Assembly (NCBI GenBank): GCA_001662655.1
Contig: KV460213.1
Origin: Pseudogymnoascus verrucosus
Taxonomy: Eukaryota
Strand: one strand, 5' to 3'
DNA: 64,000 bases
Positions 47,718 through 59,860 of the stretch are shown one piece after another. The stretch's first letter is position 1, and the number at the start of each line of letters is the position of its first letter. The position numbers and the translations under genes were made by a program. A model generated the notes under the pieces. The model did not search any database. It was not told the origin of the DNA and saw nothing but the letters and a program-made list of their open reading frames with translations.

Positions 47718-50586
47718 TTACTCCACCGCCCCAAAGAACCGACTCGCCTCCTCAATCTTCGCATCCCCATTCGCAAAGTCCCACCCGATAATAATCGGCG
47801 TCTGGCTACAACAGATAATCCTCCTCGCATCAAACTGCAGCTTAAACACCCTCGCCATGTTCGCCCCCGGGGTTGCAGGAGCCGCAGCCGCGGCCTGCTG
47901 AGCATGGGCTTGGGCTTGCGTCTGCGCCTGCGCGTGGAGGAGTGCTTGGGCCTGGGCTCGTGCGGTGGCTTGGGCCTGTGCGACTGCCTGGATGGTGGCT
48001 TGCGTATCTAGTGGCGGTGCCGACGATGCTTGAGGCTGCGGGATTGGTGGTGGTGGTGGTGGTGCGGATTGTGTGTGCTGAATTGGGGATTCACTGTTTG
48101 TTTGCGGGATGCTAGTTGATTGTTGCTCAGCCATAATTTGCGACTGCGCTACCGACGATTGCGGCCGCGCCGAATCTTCAGGCGCGTCTTGTGCAGGTGC
48201 CATCCCACGAGTTGCAAGGCCGTGGTTATCCGATGAAGGTAAACCCGTATTCCGGTGCATCGCATGATCGACGACCGCACGTAACTGCTGTCGTCGGGCT
48301 TCGAGTGGCTCAGCCATGATGGCCGATCCTAGGCGGCTGTACCATATGATTTGCGGGTGTTCATGGATGACCAGGCGGAGCACATTGGCGCCGAGGGGAA
48401 CGACGAGGTCGATCAGCGAGTGGAAATACGCGGCGCTCTGTGCTGGAAGGCTTGGTGGTGGGGGACGGTTTCCCTCAAAATTGGTCAGGGCGGATCGGGC
48501 GGCGTCGACTTGGCGGAAGGTGTGCTTTGCTTTCCAAACACCTTCCTTGTCTCGGCGCCAAATGATGATGCTCTCGTCGTAAGATCCAGAAACTATGCGG
48601 CCGTATCTACCGCCCCCTCCGCCGGGAGGTAGCTTGGCTCCGTATGCCATGATATCTTCGGGCCTGCTCGATCCCGCGTTTCGATTTCGTGTCTTGGGTA
48701 GGTTACGGGGAATGACACCGCTATCGACAGCCTTGAAATAGTCATTGTCTACATTCTTGGCTGCAGCTTGGTCGTCTTCTTCACTCCCCGGCAAGTCTCC
48801 AAACCCGGCTTGCACAGTTCGAACAAGATGGGTGTGCCCCCTTAGGCTTGCAACCTCAAGGCCCGTCTGTTTGTCAAACACCTTGACTTCATGATCGCTG
48901 CTGCCGCTCACGATGCGACGGCCGTCGTATTGCACACAAGCAATGCCCTTTTGATGTCCAACTAGCGTACGAATGCAAGTCTGAAGCGGCCAATCCCAGA
49001 CCTTGACGTTGCGGTCACCAGATGCCGAGACTATCTCGTTCTTATATATTTGAATGGCGTTGACGGCAGCACCATGGCCTTCAAGACACCCAATCTGGGT
49101 AAAAGGAGGCAGTATAGGAAGGGTTTCACGCGGCGAAGGATTATAGCCGTAATTATTTAATACTATAACCGCAGGTTGAATACCCTCATTCGCGCCAGGG
49201 TATCCCAGCTCGCCAGGGTGCATCGGTCTGCGGTTAAATATTTTGATGGTCTTGTCCTTGGAGCATGTGGCGAGTATTCGACGGTCAAACCGGACGTTTA
49301 GAACTGGCTCTGGGTGTGCCTTCTCCAAAACTTGAAGCATTCTGCCCGTAGAGAATTGCCATACCCTCACTGTCGAATCGCTACTCCCTGAAACGATAAT
49401 ATCTTCAGATGGATCAGGATCGAATTGCAAGCAGAGGACCGAGCCTTGATGACCTTGGAGAGGAGGCATAACAAGTCTTTTCGTGTCTAAATTCCAAATC
49501 CGAAGGGTTCTGTCCCTGCTTCCGCTCACGAGATATTTGCCGCTGTGTTGGATGGTATAAATACACTCTTTGTGTGCCTCGTGAGGGTAGTCAGGGTGTG
49601 GCAGTTGAAAGTTGACATATTTTTCAGCTTCCCAATTGGCCTCTAGTCTTCTCCGTTGAGCGTAAAGATAGTGCCAGTTGAGTTTTCGTTTGTTCTCCCG
49701 TCGGTCTAACACCACCAGAGACGACATGCTTGGAAGATCCGAGGGTGCAGCCTTCGTCGACCGGTTTGACGGCCGCCGCATTATAGGTTGTGGTGCCAAA
49801 CTTTCCCGTGGAGGTGCCCTGCGTGCAGTAGCTGGATGTTCTGAGGCATAAGCCCCTTCTGGGGCCAAGTTTCGTGATACCTGTGGCGCTGGGCTCCCAA
49901 ATATCGACTTGTGCTCAGGAGGAGATCTTGGACTAACGTCGGCCATTTCTAAATCATCGTCCTGGTCCTTAACATAAAACTCTGGCCTGTTGTTATTCTC
50001 CGTAAGCTTTAATTGTTTCCGTGGCGGCACTCGGTCATGGGACGGAGACTGTTTGCGCACCACCCCTCCCTGTGATCGGAATCCCGATCGGGACTCGAGC
50101 GATTCGTTTATCAGCTCTTTCTCAAAGCTCTTAAGCTCGATTTGGTTGGTACGCCAGCCCTCCCTGTAGTATAGTTGTTGCCATAGAGTCCAGTCCATGG
50201 ACAGTGGCAAGGAACCACGCGACGTTAGAGCCATCTGCAGCACTGACAACGGATCGAGGAATCCCAGAATTTTCAAGCACACTTCGGGGGGGAGTCTGTC
50301 CAAAAAATTGACGTGTAACAAAGGGCCCATGGCATTAACTATATCGTATACGGCGGATGTTGGGAGGTCGCCCATAATGGTCATGGCAAGGCCTAGAGGG
50401 ACACGGGTCAGTGAGGCAGTGAATAACAGACGTGTGGGATCTCGTACTGATGCGGTCATCGACGTCCAACGAGGAATACCACGAGGCTACGGTTGGATCC
50501 ATGCGCCCCGAGCTTCTCGCCGCCACCTGCGTGCCCAGAGGAGCCTCGCTATAGCCCTCATCTTGAGGGGCATTGAATAGAGTCAT
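47718..50586 (-). CDS. fwd-1: F-box/WD40 SCF substrate receptor, FWD-1/Pof11/beta-TrCP-like, 2 exons
   Basis: F-box LPPEVCLKILGFLDP. WD40 repeats (HKECIY..VSGSRDRTLRIWN, GHQGSVLCLQF, GHGAAVNAIQ, GHQKGIACVQYDGRRIVSGSSD). C-terminal RVFKLQFDARRIICCSQ...GWDF. Intron at about 50447-50393. Confidence 0.88.
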
Positions 50587-51379
50587 TGTTGGGGTTATAG
50601 GGGCCCGAGTTGGGCGTTGGTTGGTTGACTGCGGTCTCAAGGGTGGTGGTCGTCTTATCGTCGACCAACAGCGTGAGGTGAACCTGGGTGTTGACTATCG
50701 TTGTTGTTCAATGCCATCTGGTGGCCAAGGAGCACGGTCCGTGTTGGAGTAGCAACGATGGCGATGGTCTGGCGATGGTCTGGCGATGCTCAGCCTTTCA
50801 TGGACGCGGGCGACAGTATATATGTACAGAGTCTGGTGAACTCGAGGGTGTATGCCTCGTTTGTTGTCTCTCTTCGGTGGTGGTGAGGATGGAATATTAT
50901 GGGGATGGTGGTACTGGATGACTGCCGTGGAGTACTTTTGGCTGGTGCAGCTGGTGTAGCTGGGTAGAGTAAGCCGGGGTTGATGTTATGCGGCTGGAAC
51001 GAAGCCTATTTACTGTGGGTGGTGGTATGGTGATAAGTACTGTATACTTTGTAGTGTGGGAGCATGTTGGTGGTAGTTGAAGTCTATAGTACCTCCTTCT
51101 ATCATTTTAGAGACGGGGGTTTGCCACAGCATAACAAATTGGGGACCAAGGACAACCAAGGGCCGATGTTTGGGGAAGTGCATCTCTGTGGTGGATGGAC
51201 AACCGTAAATCCCGTGACATTAATGGATAATATGCAGATTGCAGATAACAGATAACAGATAGGAGAGAAGTGTAGTATGGACACGGATCACACAGTGACG
51301 ACAAAGGGGCGAGGGAGGTAGTTGGGTAGAGGGGCTGCCTGCACGTCTGAGTCGTACAACCCACCGTACCGCCGTAACA

Positions 51380-51488
51380 CACCCATCACATATCACATAT
51401 CACCCATCACCCATCACCCATCACCCACATCACCTAATAACTGTTTCCCATCACTCTTATCACCCCCGTGACCCCGTGACCCCGTGAT
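51380..51488 (+). repeat. Heptamer and octamer microsatellites (CACCCAT)n and (CCCCGTGA)3 in the fwd-1/CDC24 divergent intergenic region
   Basis: Direct reading. Confidence 0.8.
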
Positions 51489-52058
51489 TAAAGGCTTTCT
51501 TTCTAAACACTATCTATACCTAAATGGCAAGGGGATTGAGGGGGAGGGTAGGTAGGGTGACTGCTCTGCATCTCTGTGTTGTACAAGCCACCTTAGACAT
51601 GAAATCCCTCCCTATACATGACCTATACATGACCTCTACATGAATCGCACATACTATAGTGGTTCTAGTGTTCTAGTGCTACTGTAGACTTCAAAATCCC
51701 GTGATATAGAAGCTATACCTCTTTAGTCGCACCCTGTTCAAGCATTTTGTAGCCAGGTAGCCAGGTAAGCCAGGGCGCCTACAGCCTCTCTACACACCCT
51801 ACAGTCTACAGGCTATATCAGGCAAGCGGCAAGCGCCCGTTCTTAGTGGGTCTCACAGTTGCCGCAGTACGAATCATACATCCCATACAAACCCCCCTCC
51901 TTAAAGACTCTTTGACGCTGACGACCCTCTCTCTGCTACCTTGACTCTCTCTGACGCCTTTGCATGACCTCTACTGCCTCTATTGCCTCTACCGTATACC
52001 ATTTTGCGATGTTCTAGCTGCGTATTCTTGATCCTCTTCAACCCATATCTCCTCTTTG

Positions 52059-55000
52059 ATGTCGTCTGGCACAATGGCCATGGCGCACGGACCGGGCCTA
52101 ACGCGCATTCACACCGCGCCAACTCTATCGACATCGACCAGAACTTCGAGAGACCCTTTCCCGAATAAAATGATTGGACATGGGCCTCGATCCTCCAAAA
52201 TGTCCTCCTCTACACTCACGTCGGCATCCTCAGCATCCTTAAACACTCTATCGACTACTACGACCCTATCGCAGAACGGGAGCAATGTGGTGGCGACCAA
52301 CAATATCATTAATCAGCGGGCAGATGCCTCCCGATCCCTATACCAGATATGCGTCAGTCTGCGACAGCGCCTCCTCCTGGTCCCTGGCTTCGAACAGCAC
52401 TTGCAAGAGTTGGACGACGACGAGATCTACGACGACGACCCCGTCACCTCGTTGTGGCGATGCCTGCGCAAGGGATACCCCCTAATGACGATATATAACG
52501 CACTTCAACCACCCGAACCCCTACAAGTCGATGATAAGGTCTCGGAGGCGAAAAAACCGAAGAGCGCAGCGTCAAAGTTCGTGCTGGCATGCCTAAAAGA
52601 CTTGAAGCTACCCCCTGAGGAGGTTTTTGTGCTCAACGATTTGTTCGGCGACGATACAACTGGTTTTGTTAAGGTCACCCAGGTCCTGAATGTGGTGCTG
52701 GATGTGGCAGAGCAGCGGGGTCTGCTCCTAACTCCGGAGGCCGAGGCCGAGACTCCAAATGCTGCCGTGGGGGGGAAGATGAGCTATAGGGACCATGTTG
52801 TGCGAGAACTTGTCGATACCGAGCGCAAATATGTGCAGGACCTGGAGAATTTGCACGAGCTGAAGAAACAAATCGAGCAGAAAGGCGTTATACCCGGAGA
52901 TGTTGTGCATGCTATATTCTTAAACATCAATGCGATTCTCGACTTCCAGCGAAGGTTTTTGATCCGGATCGAAACCACGAATTCGCAACCGGACGCAAGG
53001 CAGGAGTGGGGCGCGCCTTTTGTAGTTCATGAAGAATCCTTTGGAATTTATCAACCATTTATAGCCAACCAGCGAAGAGCAGCCGATATTGCCAAACGAG
53101 AGTTCGACAAGATCTCGTTGGCAGACCACCCGGTTGTTGTTGATTTCAACACACTGGATGGCTTCCTGCTAAAACCTATGCAAAGATTGGTCAAATATCC
53201 GCTATTATTGAAGGTGAGGCTCCGAAACCAACTACCATTTGGCTTCTGTGCATTAGCTAATACCCGTTAGGATTTGCGCGATAAAACGAATGCGGATGAC
53301 CAGACGAAAGCAGAACTTACCGCAGGGATGGAAGCTTCCAATCGTGTTCTGCACCAAGCCAATGCTGCAGTCGATAGGGAGCTGAGGAACGAGGCTTTGG
53401 TAGACCTTTGCACACGCGTTGATGATTGGAAGAACCACGATATTAATCAGTTTGGCGACCTACTCCTTCACGGTGTCTTCACTGTAATCACTGGTAAAAG
53501 TGATTTGGAGAAAGAGGTAAATACTTTCATCTCGTTCACAAACGTATCTTCTAGCCTGTCAAGTGAACAGTGGCCTATTACCCCTATCCATGCTCTGGTT
53601 GGTGTAAATTAATGGCTCTGCCAATAACTGTCCCAGTGGACATACACATCAGCCTCTAAGCCTGTAATTTGGTTTGAACCGCAAAAACTGTAGCTAACAT
53701 GAGGGGCTCGTCTGCCCTTTGACCAAGCAGTATACCATATATCTTTTCGAGCGCATATTGCTTTGCTGTAAAGAGGTGAACCCTAATAAGGCCACCAAAG
53801 ACAAGCTTATGGGAGGAGGCCAAAAGGACAAAAAGGCTGCGAAAGATAAGAAGGATAAATCCGGAAAAACTATTAAGCTTCAGCTGAAAGGCCGCATATT
53901 TATGACCAACGTCACAGACGTTGTGTCGATGGTTAAGCCTGGTTTGTTTCCCGCTTCCACCCCCAAATATTTATGCTGACGTGATTTAGGGTCCTACACG
54001 GTGCAGATTTGGTGGAAAGGAGATCCTGGAATCGAGAACTTTATGATTCGATTCTCCCACGAAGAGGTCATGAAAAAGTGGTCCGCAGCGGTTGATAAAC
54101 AGCGTAAAGATTGCCTCGACCGAGAAAAAGGACCTGAAGTTGGAACACCGGAATTTGCATGGATGCAAGCACAGAATGCGCCCATCCAAAATCCTTATGC
54201 TCAACCTGAGGACGACGACGACGATGATGACGATTATCCGCAATTAGCCAACAGCGGGGTGTTTGCCGAACAAGCTATACCCCCTGAACAAAGTTCCTTT
54301 GGGATGAACAGAAATACTTCAAGCACTAGCTTGCGCTCGAGGTCGACGACAGGCGAGAGCATTCAATCCATCGCTGGAGTGGTTAGACAAGCCCCTCCCC
54401 GGTTTCCTATGGGACCCCAGCCGCCATTGAGCTTACAGACGCAGATGCCTCTACAAACCCCGCCTGCCGGGGCGAGAGGTGGTGATTCCTACTTCTCGCC
54501 TGTCGCCGAATCTCCCGCGTCCTCGAGAACGAGCCAGAACTCCATGTTCCCCTTCCCACGACAAGGGTCCATAACAGGAAACTGGGAGGACCACAACCGC
54601 TACACCGCCCCAGCCATCGGCCGTACCCCGTCGCGCGAGTCGCAACAGTCTATTAACTACCGGAACAACCCCCAGCGTCCCTCCCTCCCTGTCATGTCAT
54701 CCCAGCAAGCACAGATGGTTAACGCCCAGAACCGCAGTCGATCATACAGTACTCCTGACATCAATGCGCAGGTAAACGCAGCTCGTCGCCGCAACGACAG
54801 CCAGCCAGTACCAGCTGTGCCTGGTATCCCGCCGCATCTCCACCCGGCTTATGACAACAGCATTCCGCGCTCTAGCAACGTTTCTCCGATCAATGGCATC
54901 CCCGTTCGCTCCGCCACGCAGAGCCCGGGCACCCAACGTGAAAGGTCCCAGCCGCCGCAAGCAGGCTACCCGGCAGTACCACCGGCTTATCTGCGTAGCA

Positions 55001-55404
55001 ACACGACGCCCGTTCTTGCGACAGTTCAAGGCGGCGAGGACCGCACCCAGACCATGTCGCCGCCGCTAAACAACTCGCTACCTGGAATGGACATGCCGCT
55101 CCCGACTCAACTCAAGGTGAAGGTCAACTGTGACGGCAACTACGTCACGCTGGTAGTGGCGTTCAACATTACGTACCAAAGCCTCATTGACCGCATCGAC
55201 GCCAAGGTCGGCCGCTTCAGCAATAACGCGATCGCGAGGGGCACGATGAGATTGAGATACCAAGACGAGGATGGAGATTACGTGACCATCGAATCAGATG
55301 ATGACATCCATATCGCATTCCAGGAGTGGCGAGAGCAGCAGATTGAAGGTCTCAAGAATGGCATGCTGGGAGAGATTGAGCTCTTCTGTGCCAGCATCGA
55401 GTAA
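52059..55404 (+). CDS. CDC24: Cdc42 guanine-nucleotide exchange factor (CH-DH-PH-PB1), 4 exons
   Basis: SLYQIC/DPVTSLW CH region; ELVDTERKYVQDLE and KPMQRLVKYPLLLK DH; YLFERILLCCKE and LQLKGRI PH; LKVKV...LRYQDEDGDYVTIESDDD PB1. Confidence 0.96.
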
Positions 55405-56299
55405 GCACTTGAACAACCACAACAACAGGCGGAGTGAAGCGCCGGGAGCGCTGGGGTGCTAGGAATGTTTTTCCTGGTCAGCTAGAAAGGGCCATCACTG
55501 GCAATATGGGCTTTTAGCTTCACAACAAGCAAGAGTCGGACGACGAAGTAGTAGTATTGGAGAGAGAGAGAGAGAGAGCAGCGCGATCCCAGCTAGACGA
55601 CTGGGCAGGTATCGATGATATCCCATAACGAAACCGAGAGAGCGAAGGGGGACGGAGGAGGACGAACCAACCATATTTTTGACGCATATTTAAGGATTGC
55701 ATTTATGAAACGGATGAGGATCGACATTATGAACGCGACGTTTGAGATGATATGGGAAACTTGAGGGATCAGTCAGGGAGGAGAGGGGGGAAACACGCTC
55801 TATTTCACCCCTCCCTTGATTGATATCGGAGTCATTTTTGGGATTTATTTTTGGAATTCGTTTTTTATGGGGGCTTATGGCCCCCTATATATTTTTGTGT
55901 GTGTGTGTGTGGGAGAGCTGGGCATCTAGAGATGCGCCAGGGTCTTTACGATTTTTTGGGGGCGGGGCGGTGGGGGTGGAGGGCGTAGATGGGGCTATTT
56001 TTCTACTTTTTATATGGGAGATTCGCTGAGCTTTTTTGAGGCATTTCACCTTGGGGACCTTTGAGGGCGGAAGAGGAGGAGGAGCGAGATAGCGTGCATT
56101 TGTTTGAACTTTGCCGATAGACGGGGAAGGAGCATATGATACACCCGATCACTCGTTTTAAGGGAATAGAAAACATTGCATATCACACAAATTGAGCGTC
56201 CTTGAACTTTCTTCCATATCTTCCATATTATAGTGTCTTACATTTCCAATTTCCCAGTCTCACCACACACTGGCTGAGAAAATACACTCGCCACCCACC

Positions 56300-59059
56300 C
56301 TACCGATGCGCCAACTCAAACAACGCATCCATCTCCTTCCCCAGCGGCGTCCACGTCCCCCTCTTAATCTGCGCATAAATCGAATCCCCCCTCAAATAGA
56401 TAAGCACGCCCCCCTTCCCAATCGCCGCCGCCGTAACACGATACACCGGCCCATTCGCCTCCAACGTGCTCTTCTCCGGGATAAACTGCAGATCCCTCGC
56501 CATACACCAATCCTCCAACTGGTGTCTGAACGTCACCTCCTCCAGCTCGGGCTTCTCCATCTTCGGCGCCGCTGGTTCGGGTGCTGGTTGCGCGGCGGGA
56601 CTGACGCGACTTGGGCGTGTTGGGGCGGGTAAGTCTGTCTTAGCGCGCGCGCCGAGGTCCAGGGCGGTGTTGATGAGGGAGTTTCCTTTTTGCCATTCTT
56701 GCTGGACTGCGGGGACGGAGGAGAGGGAGGCGGGGATGATGGAGCGCCAGAAGTCGAACCAGTCCCTTATCTCGAGGTAGTTCACGTCGTCTAGTGTGAG
56801 CCATTGGTGGAGGACGTCGTGCCACATTGGGAAGAGCTCGTCGACGAGGAGCTGGCCGGTGATGCGGTTGCCGAGGATGGGTTGCCAGGCGAGGACGTTG
56901 GTGAGGGTTTTTAGGTAAGGTTCTTGGTCTTGGGGGGTTACCTGGAAGTTGTTGCGGAGGTAGGAGGCGAGGTTCGGGAGGACGTGGTTGAGGAGGAGGG
57001 GGGTCCAGGAGTCGACTTTGCTGGAGGTGGAGGGGCGGAGGAGGTCCTTCCATTGGGTGAGGCCGGGGATGACGCCGCGGCGGAAATCCCAGCTGTCGAT
57101 GAGCACTCTGAATTTTCGCTTGACATCGGCGACTAATCCAGATGAGGAGCGAGGATCCAAATGATGAGCGGGTAGGTGTTGTAGCCAGGGGAAGAGCCAC
57201 ATGTGCGGCAGGCTGTTCGTTCTGGACCGCTTTTTGGGGTTCCAATCGGCGATGGCCTCGTCGAGTTTGCGGAAAATAAGATGTTCAAAGATTTGAGATT
57301 TGATGAAAGCCGGAAGTAGCGGAGTCCACAGGTCTAGAAGTGTGAGAAGCGGCGTGGGATTTTGCACGTCCCAGGTGTTGGTTATGGCAGACCGGACTTT
57401 GGGAAACCAGACGGTGTAAATAAGGGATTCGTAGGGAGTTGTTTTATGAACGCGATTGCTGTGAGGTTTTGTAGTATGAGCAGAGCTTCCGTTGGGTTCG
57501 GGGATCATTCCAAGGAGTTTGCTGATTCCGGAGATGGCAGAGACGAATCCGTCGGATGCGACACCACTGAGTTTTGGGTCTTCCAGCGGCTGCCAGCCTT
57601 CAATGGCCTGGCGGAGGAAGGGGTGGACAGCAGCAACGGCGATACTTGCCAGTTCGTCGTTGCCAGCTACATCAAGTTTTTCCACTTCCGTCAATGCACC
57701 GATGACTGGGTCCCACTGCCCGTCTCGCACTGCTACTGATAACCCCTCGACAATCTCCGCGGCTTTCCTCAATTGATCCGAAGAGCCATTTTGTTCGTCC
57801 ACCGCTTGTTGCTGTTGGAGTATTTCCATTTCAACCCAAGCCTTTCGTTCCTCCAAGTTTTTCCACTCCTCAACGAAAGAAGATAGGTCATTCTGTGCCC
57901 TCCGTGCTAGCTTTCTAGCCTCCACCACCTCAGTAGACTCGACGACACCAGAAGTAGGCGTTGCAAGTCCAGAACTGGCTGTCAGGAATTTCTGACCAGA
58001 ACCAGTCATGTCCAGGATAGGAGTGAAGGCATCTGGGATCTTCAACCCTGGAGCAGCTTTTTGAAGTTCCGGCAGACTTTGGAATTTCGGTTTCGGTCGT
58101 CGCTTTGGCGTGCTCACTCCACTATCCGTCCCGCTCGTCTTCGCCTTTCGGCGACGTCTCTTCCTCTCCTCTTCCTCTGAATCCTCCAACACCTCGCCCC
58201 TCTTAGCAGCTTGTCGCTTCTCTTCCTCCTTCTCCTGTTTAGATTTCTCCTTCACAGCTCCCAATCCAGCACCTTGAGGCCGTAATTGAACCTCGATGAC
58301 CCCGCTGCGCCCTTGTCCCTCCTTTCCTAGACCTTCGCCTTCTTTGTATCCCATCTTTGCCATCATCCTGGCAGCGAACGACCCCGCGTTTATAGGTGCT
58401 GACTTTTGCGCACCAGGTCGCCCGCCTTTGGCAGCTGTGGGTGTCGAGAATGCGCTGGGCATAGCAACTCGTTTGACTGGCTTCTCGTCGCTGAAGTCCT
58501 TGAGGACAGGTATCGCCGCAGAGGATGGCATAAAACCACGACCTAAAGGTGATGCTGTAGAATCGCCATTCCCCAACCCCATGCTTCGCGCCGCAGGGCT
58601 TTGCCATCCCAGTCCGCCACCAAGGCCCGGTTTCCGCTGTCCAAGTCCGGGTGCGCTTTGGGCCCCGAGGCCAGCTCGTGGTACTTCATCAGTGTCGTCG
58701 GCAGCGTCGTCCATATCCACATCTTCGGCGTCTTCCAGGTATTGCCCCCCAACTCTCGCTGTCGTATGGTCCCCTTCCTCGTTGTCCTCCTCGTCCTTAA
58801 GTAAGTTGTCGCCCGACGACACAAATGCCATCCCCTTCCCCCTCAGCGTCTTGGTCTTCCACCTCCTCCCAGGCCCCTCATCTTCACTCTCGCTGCCAAA
58901 TACACCCAGCGCCGCGCTCTCCTTCGCATCACGCCCTGTCCGCCTCCGCTTTCGTGGGTTGTAGTCGGCGAACTCGTCGGCATTTGGGTCGGCGGATGGG
59001 TGTAGGAAATCATCCTCTGACTCGGATTCCGAGGACGATCCTCCACCGAAGGTATTCAT
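56300..59059 (-). CDS. SPP382: G-patch spliceosome disassembly factor (Spp382/Ntr1/TFIP11)
   Basis: KESAALGVFGSESEDE (TIP-N-like), G-patch SFAARMMAKMGYKEGEGLGKEGQG...RPQGAGLG, GCFC-like helical region with HMWLFPWL. Intronless. Confidence 0.92.
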   Translation of the reverse strand: MNTFGGGSSSESESEDDFLHPSADPNADEFADYNPRKRRRTGRDAKESAALGVFGSESEDEGPGRRWKTKTLRGKGMAFVSSGDNLLKDEEDNEEGDHTTARVGGQYLEDAEDVDMDDAADDTDEVPRAGLGAQSAPGLGQRKPGLGGGLGWQSPAARSMGLGNGDSTASPLGRGFMPSSAAIPVLKDFSDEKPVKRVAMPSAFSTPTAAKGGRPGAQKSAPINAGSFAARMMAKMGYKEGEGLGKEGQGRSGVIEVQLRPQGAGLGAVKEKSKQEKEEEKRQAAKRGEVLEDSEEEERKRRRRKAKTSGTDSGVSTPKRRPKPKFQSLPELQKAAPGLKIPDAFTPILDMTGSGQKFLTASSGLATPTSGVVESTEVVEARKLARRAQNDLSSFVEEWKNLEERKAWVEMEILQQQQAVDEQNGSSDQLRKAAEIVEGLSVAVRDGQWDPVIGALTEVEKLDVAGNDELASIAVAAVHPFLRQAIEGWQPLEDPKLSGVASDGFVSAISGISKLLGMIPEPNGSSAHTTKPHSNRVHKTTPYESLIYTVWFPKVRSAITNTWDVQNPTPLLTLLDLWTPLLPAFIKSQIFEHLIFRKLDEAIADWNPKKRSRTNSLPHMWLFPWLQHLPAHHLDPRSSSGLVADVKRKFRVLIDSWDFRRGVIPGLTQWKDLLRPSTSSKVDSWTPLLLNHVLPNLASYLRNNFQVTPQDQEPYLKTLTNVLAWQPILGNRITGQLLVDELFPMWHDVLHQWLTLDDVNYLEIRDWFDFWRSIIPASLSSVPAVQQEWQKGNSLINTALDLGARAKTDLPAPTRPSRVSPAAQPAPEPAAPKMEKPELEEVTFRHQLEDWCMARDLQFIPEKSTLEANGPVYRVTAAAIGKGGVLIYLRGDSIYAQIKRGTWTPLGKEMDALFELAHR

Positions 59060-59860
59060 GCTGTGCGATTCGGATCCCAGGTTGACGTGCTGCGCATGAG
59101 CGACACGTTGTGTTGGGAGACCCTTGAAATTGGCTGCGAAAGTAATTATGGGAGGCAAGGCAGAAGTTCGGCCTTGTCCAAAACTATGGGTTCGCGCGTC
59201 AGGTCACGTGCAGCTTGTTTTAGCTGGCCAAGGAGGTGGGGTCTTTGGGCAGCTGCTTTCACATTTGGTAGGGGTTTCAAGGGATATTAAGATGGTGATG
59301 GCGTCTGATATGATATAATATGGTGTATTTTGTCTTTTTTGGCCTGTTCTGGCTCTTATGACTTTTATTTACTTAATTCCCGTTTTGTTTATCGTTGGGC
59401 TGAGAGCTTCTATCCTTATCATGTGGCTCCCGAAATATTGGCGATCACCGTAGCGACTGAGCCCAACATTCACGTCAACAACACAATCGAAATCAACCCA
59501 ATACTCACCGCCGCCAACTTCAACGACGAGGTTACATATACAGCTTGCGGAAGTGGCACAGCATACCCAGGTCGCCTCTATCCCGCCATACCACACGCGC
59601 TTAATCCGATACCGGCTTGGCCCAGGAACCCCTCAGTGCGCCCACGACGAACAACCATAAATACTCTAGGAGCCCAAACGTACGCAGCCAATTATTCCCA
59701 GCAGAGCACTCTATGGCGATAGCTCCGTATGCGCTGTAACCGCGTATTGAATTACCCAGAGAGCTTTTGCCATACCCTGTGTTGCTCGTGTGAATGCGCC
59801 GACTAACACGCGTGCTAGACCCCTATTGGGACTCGATTTCAACCTCCAACTTAGCACACC

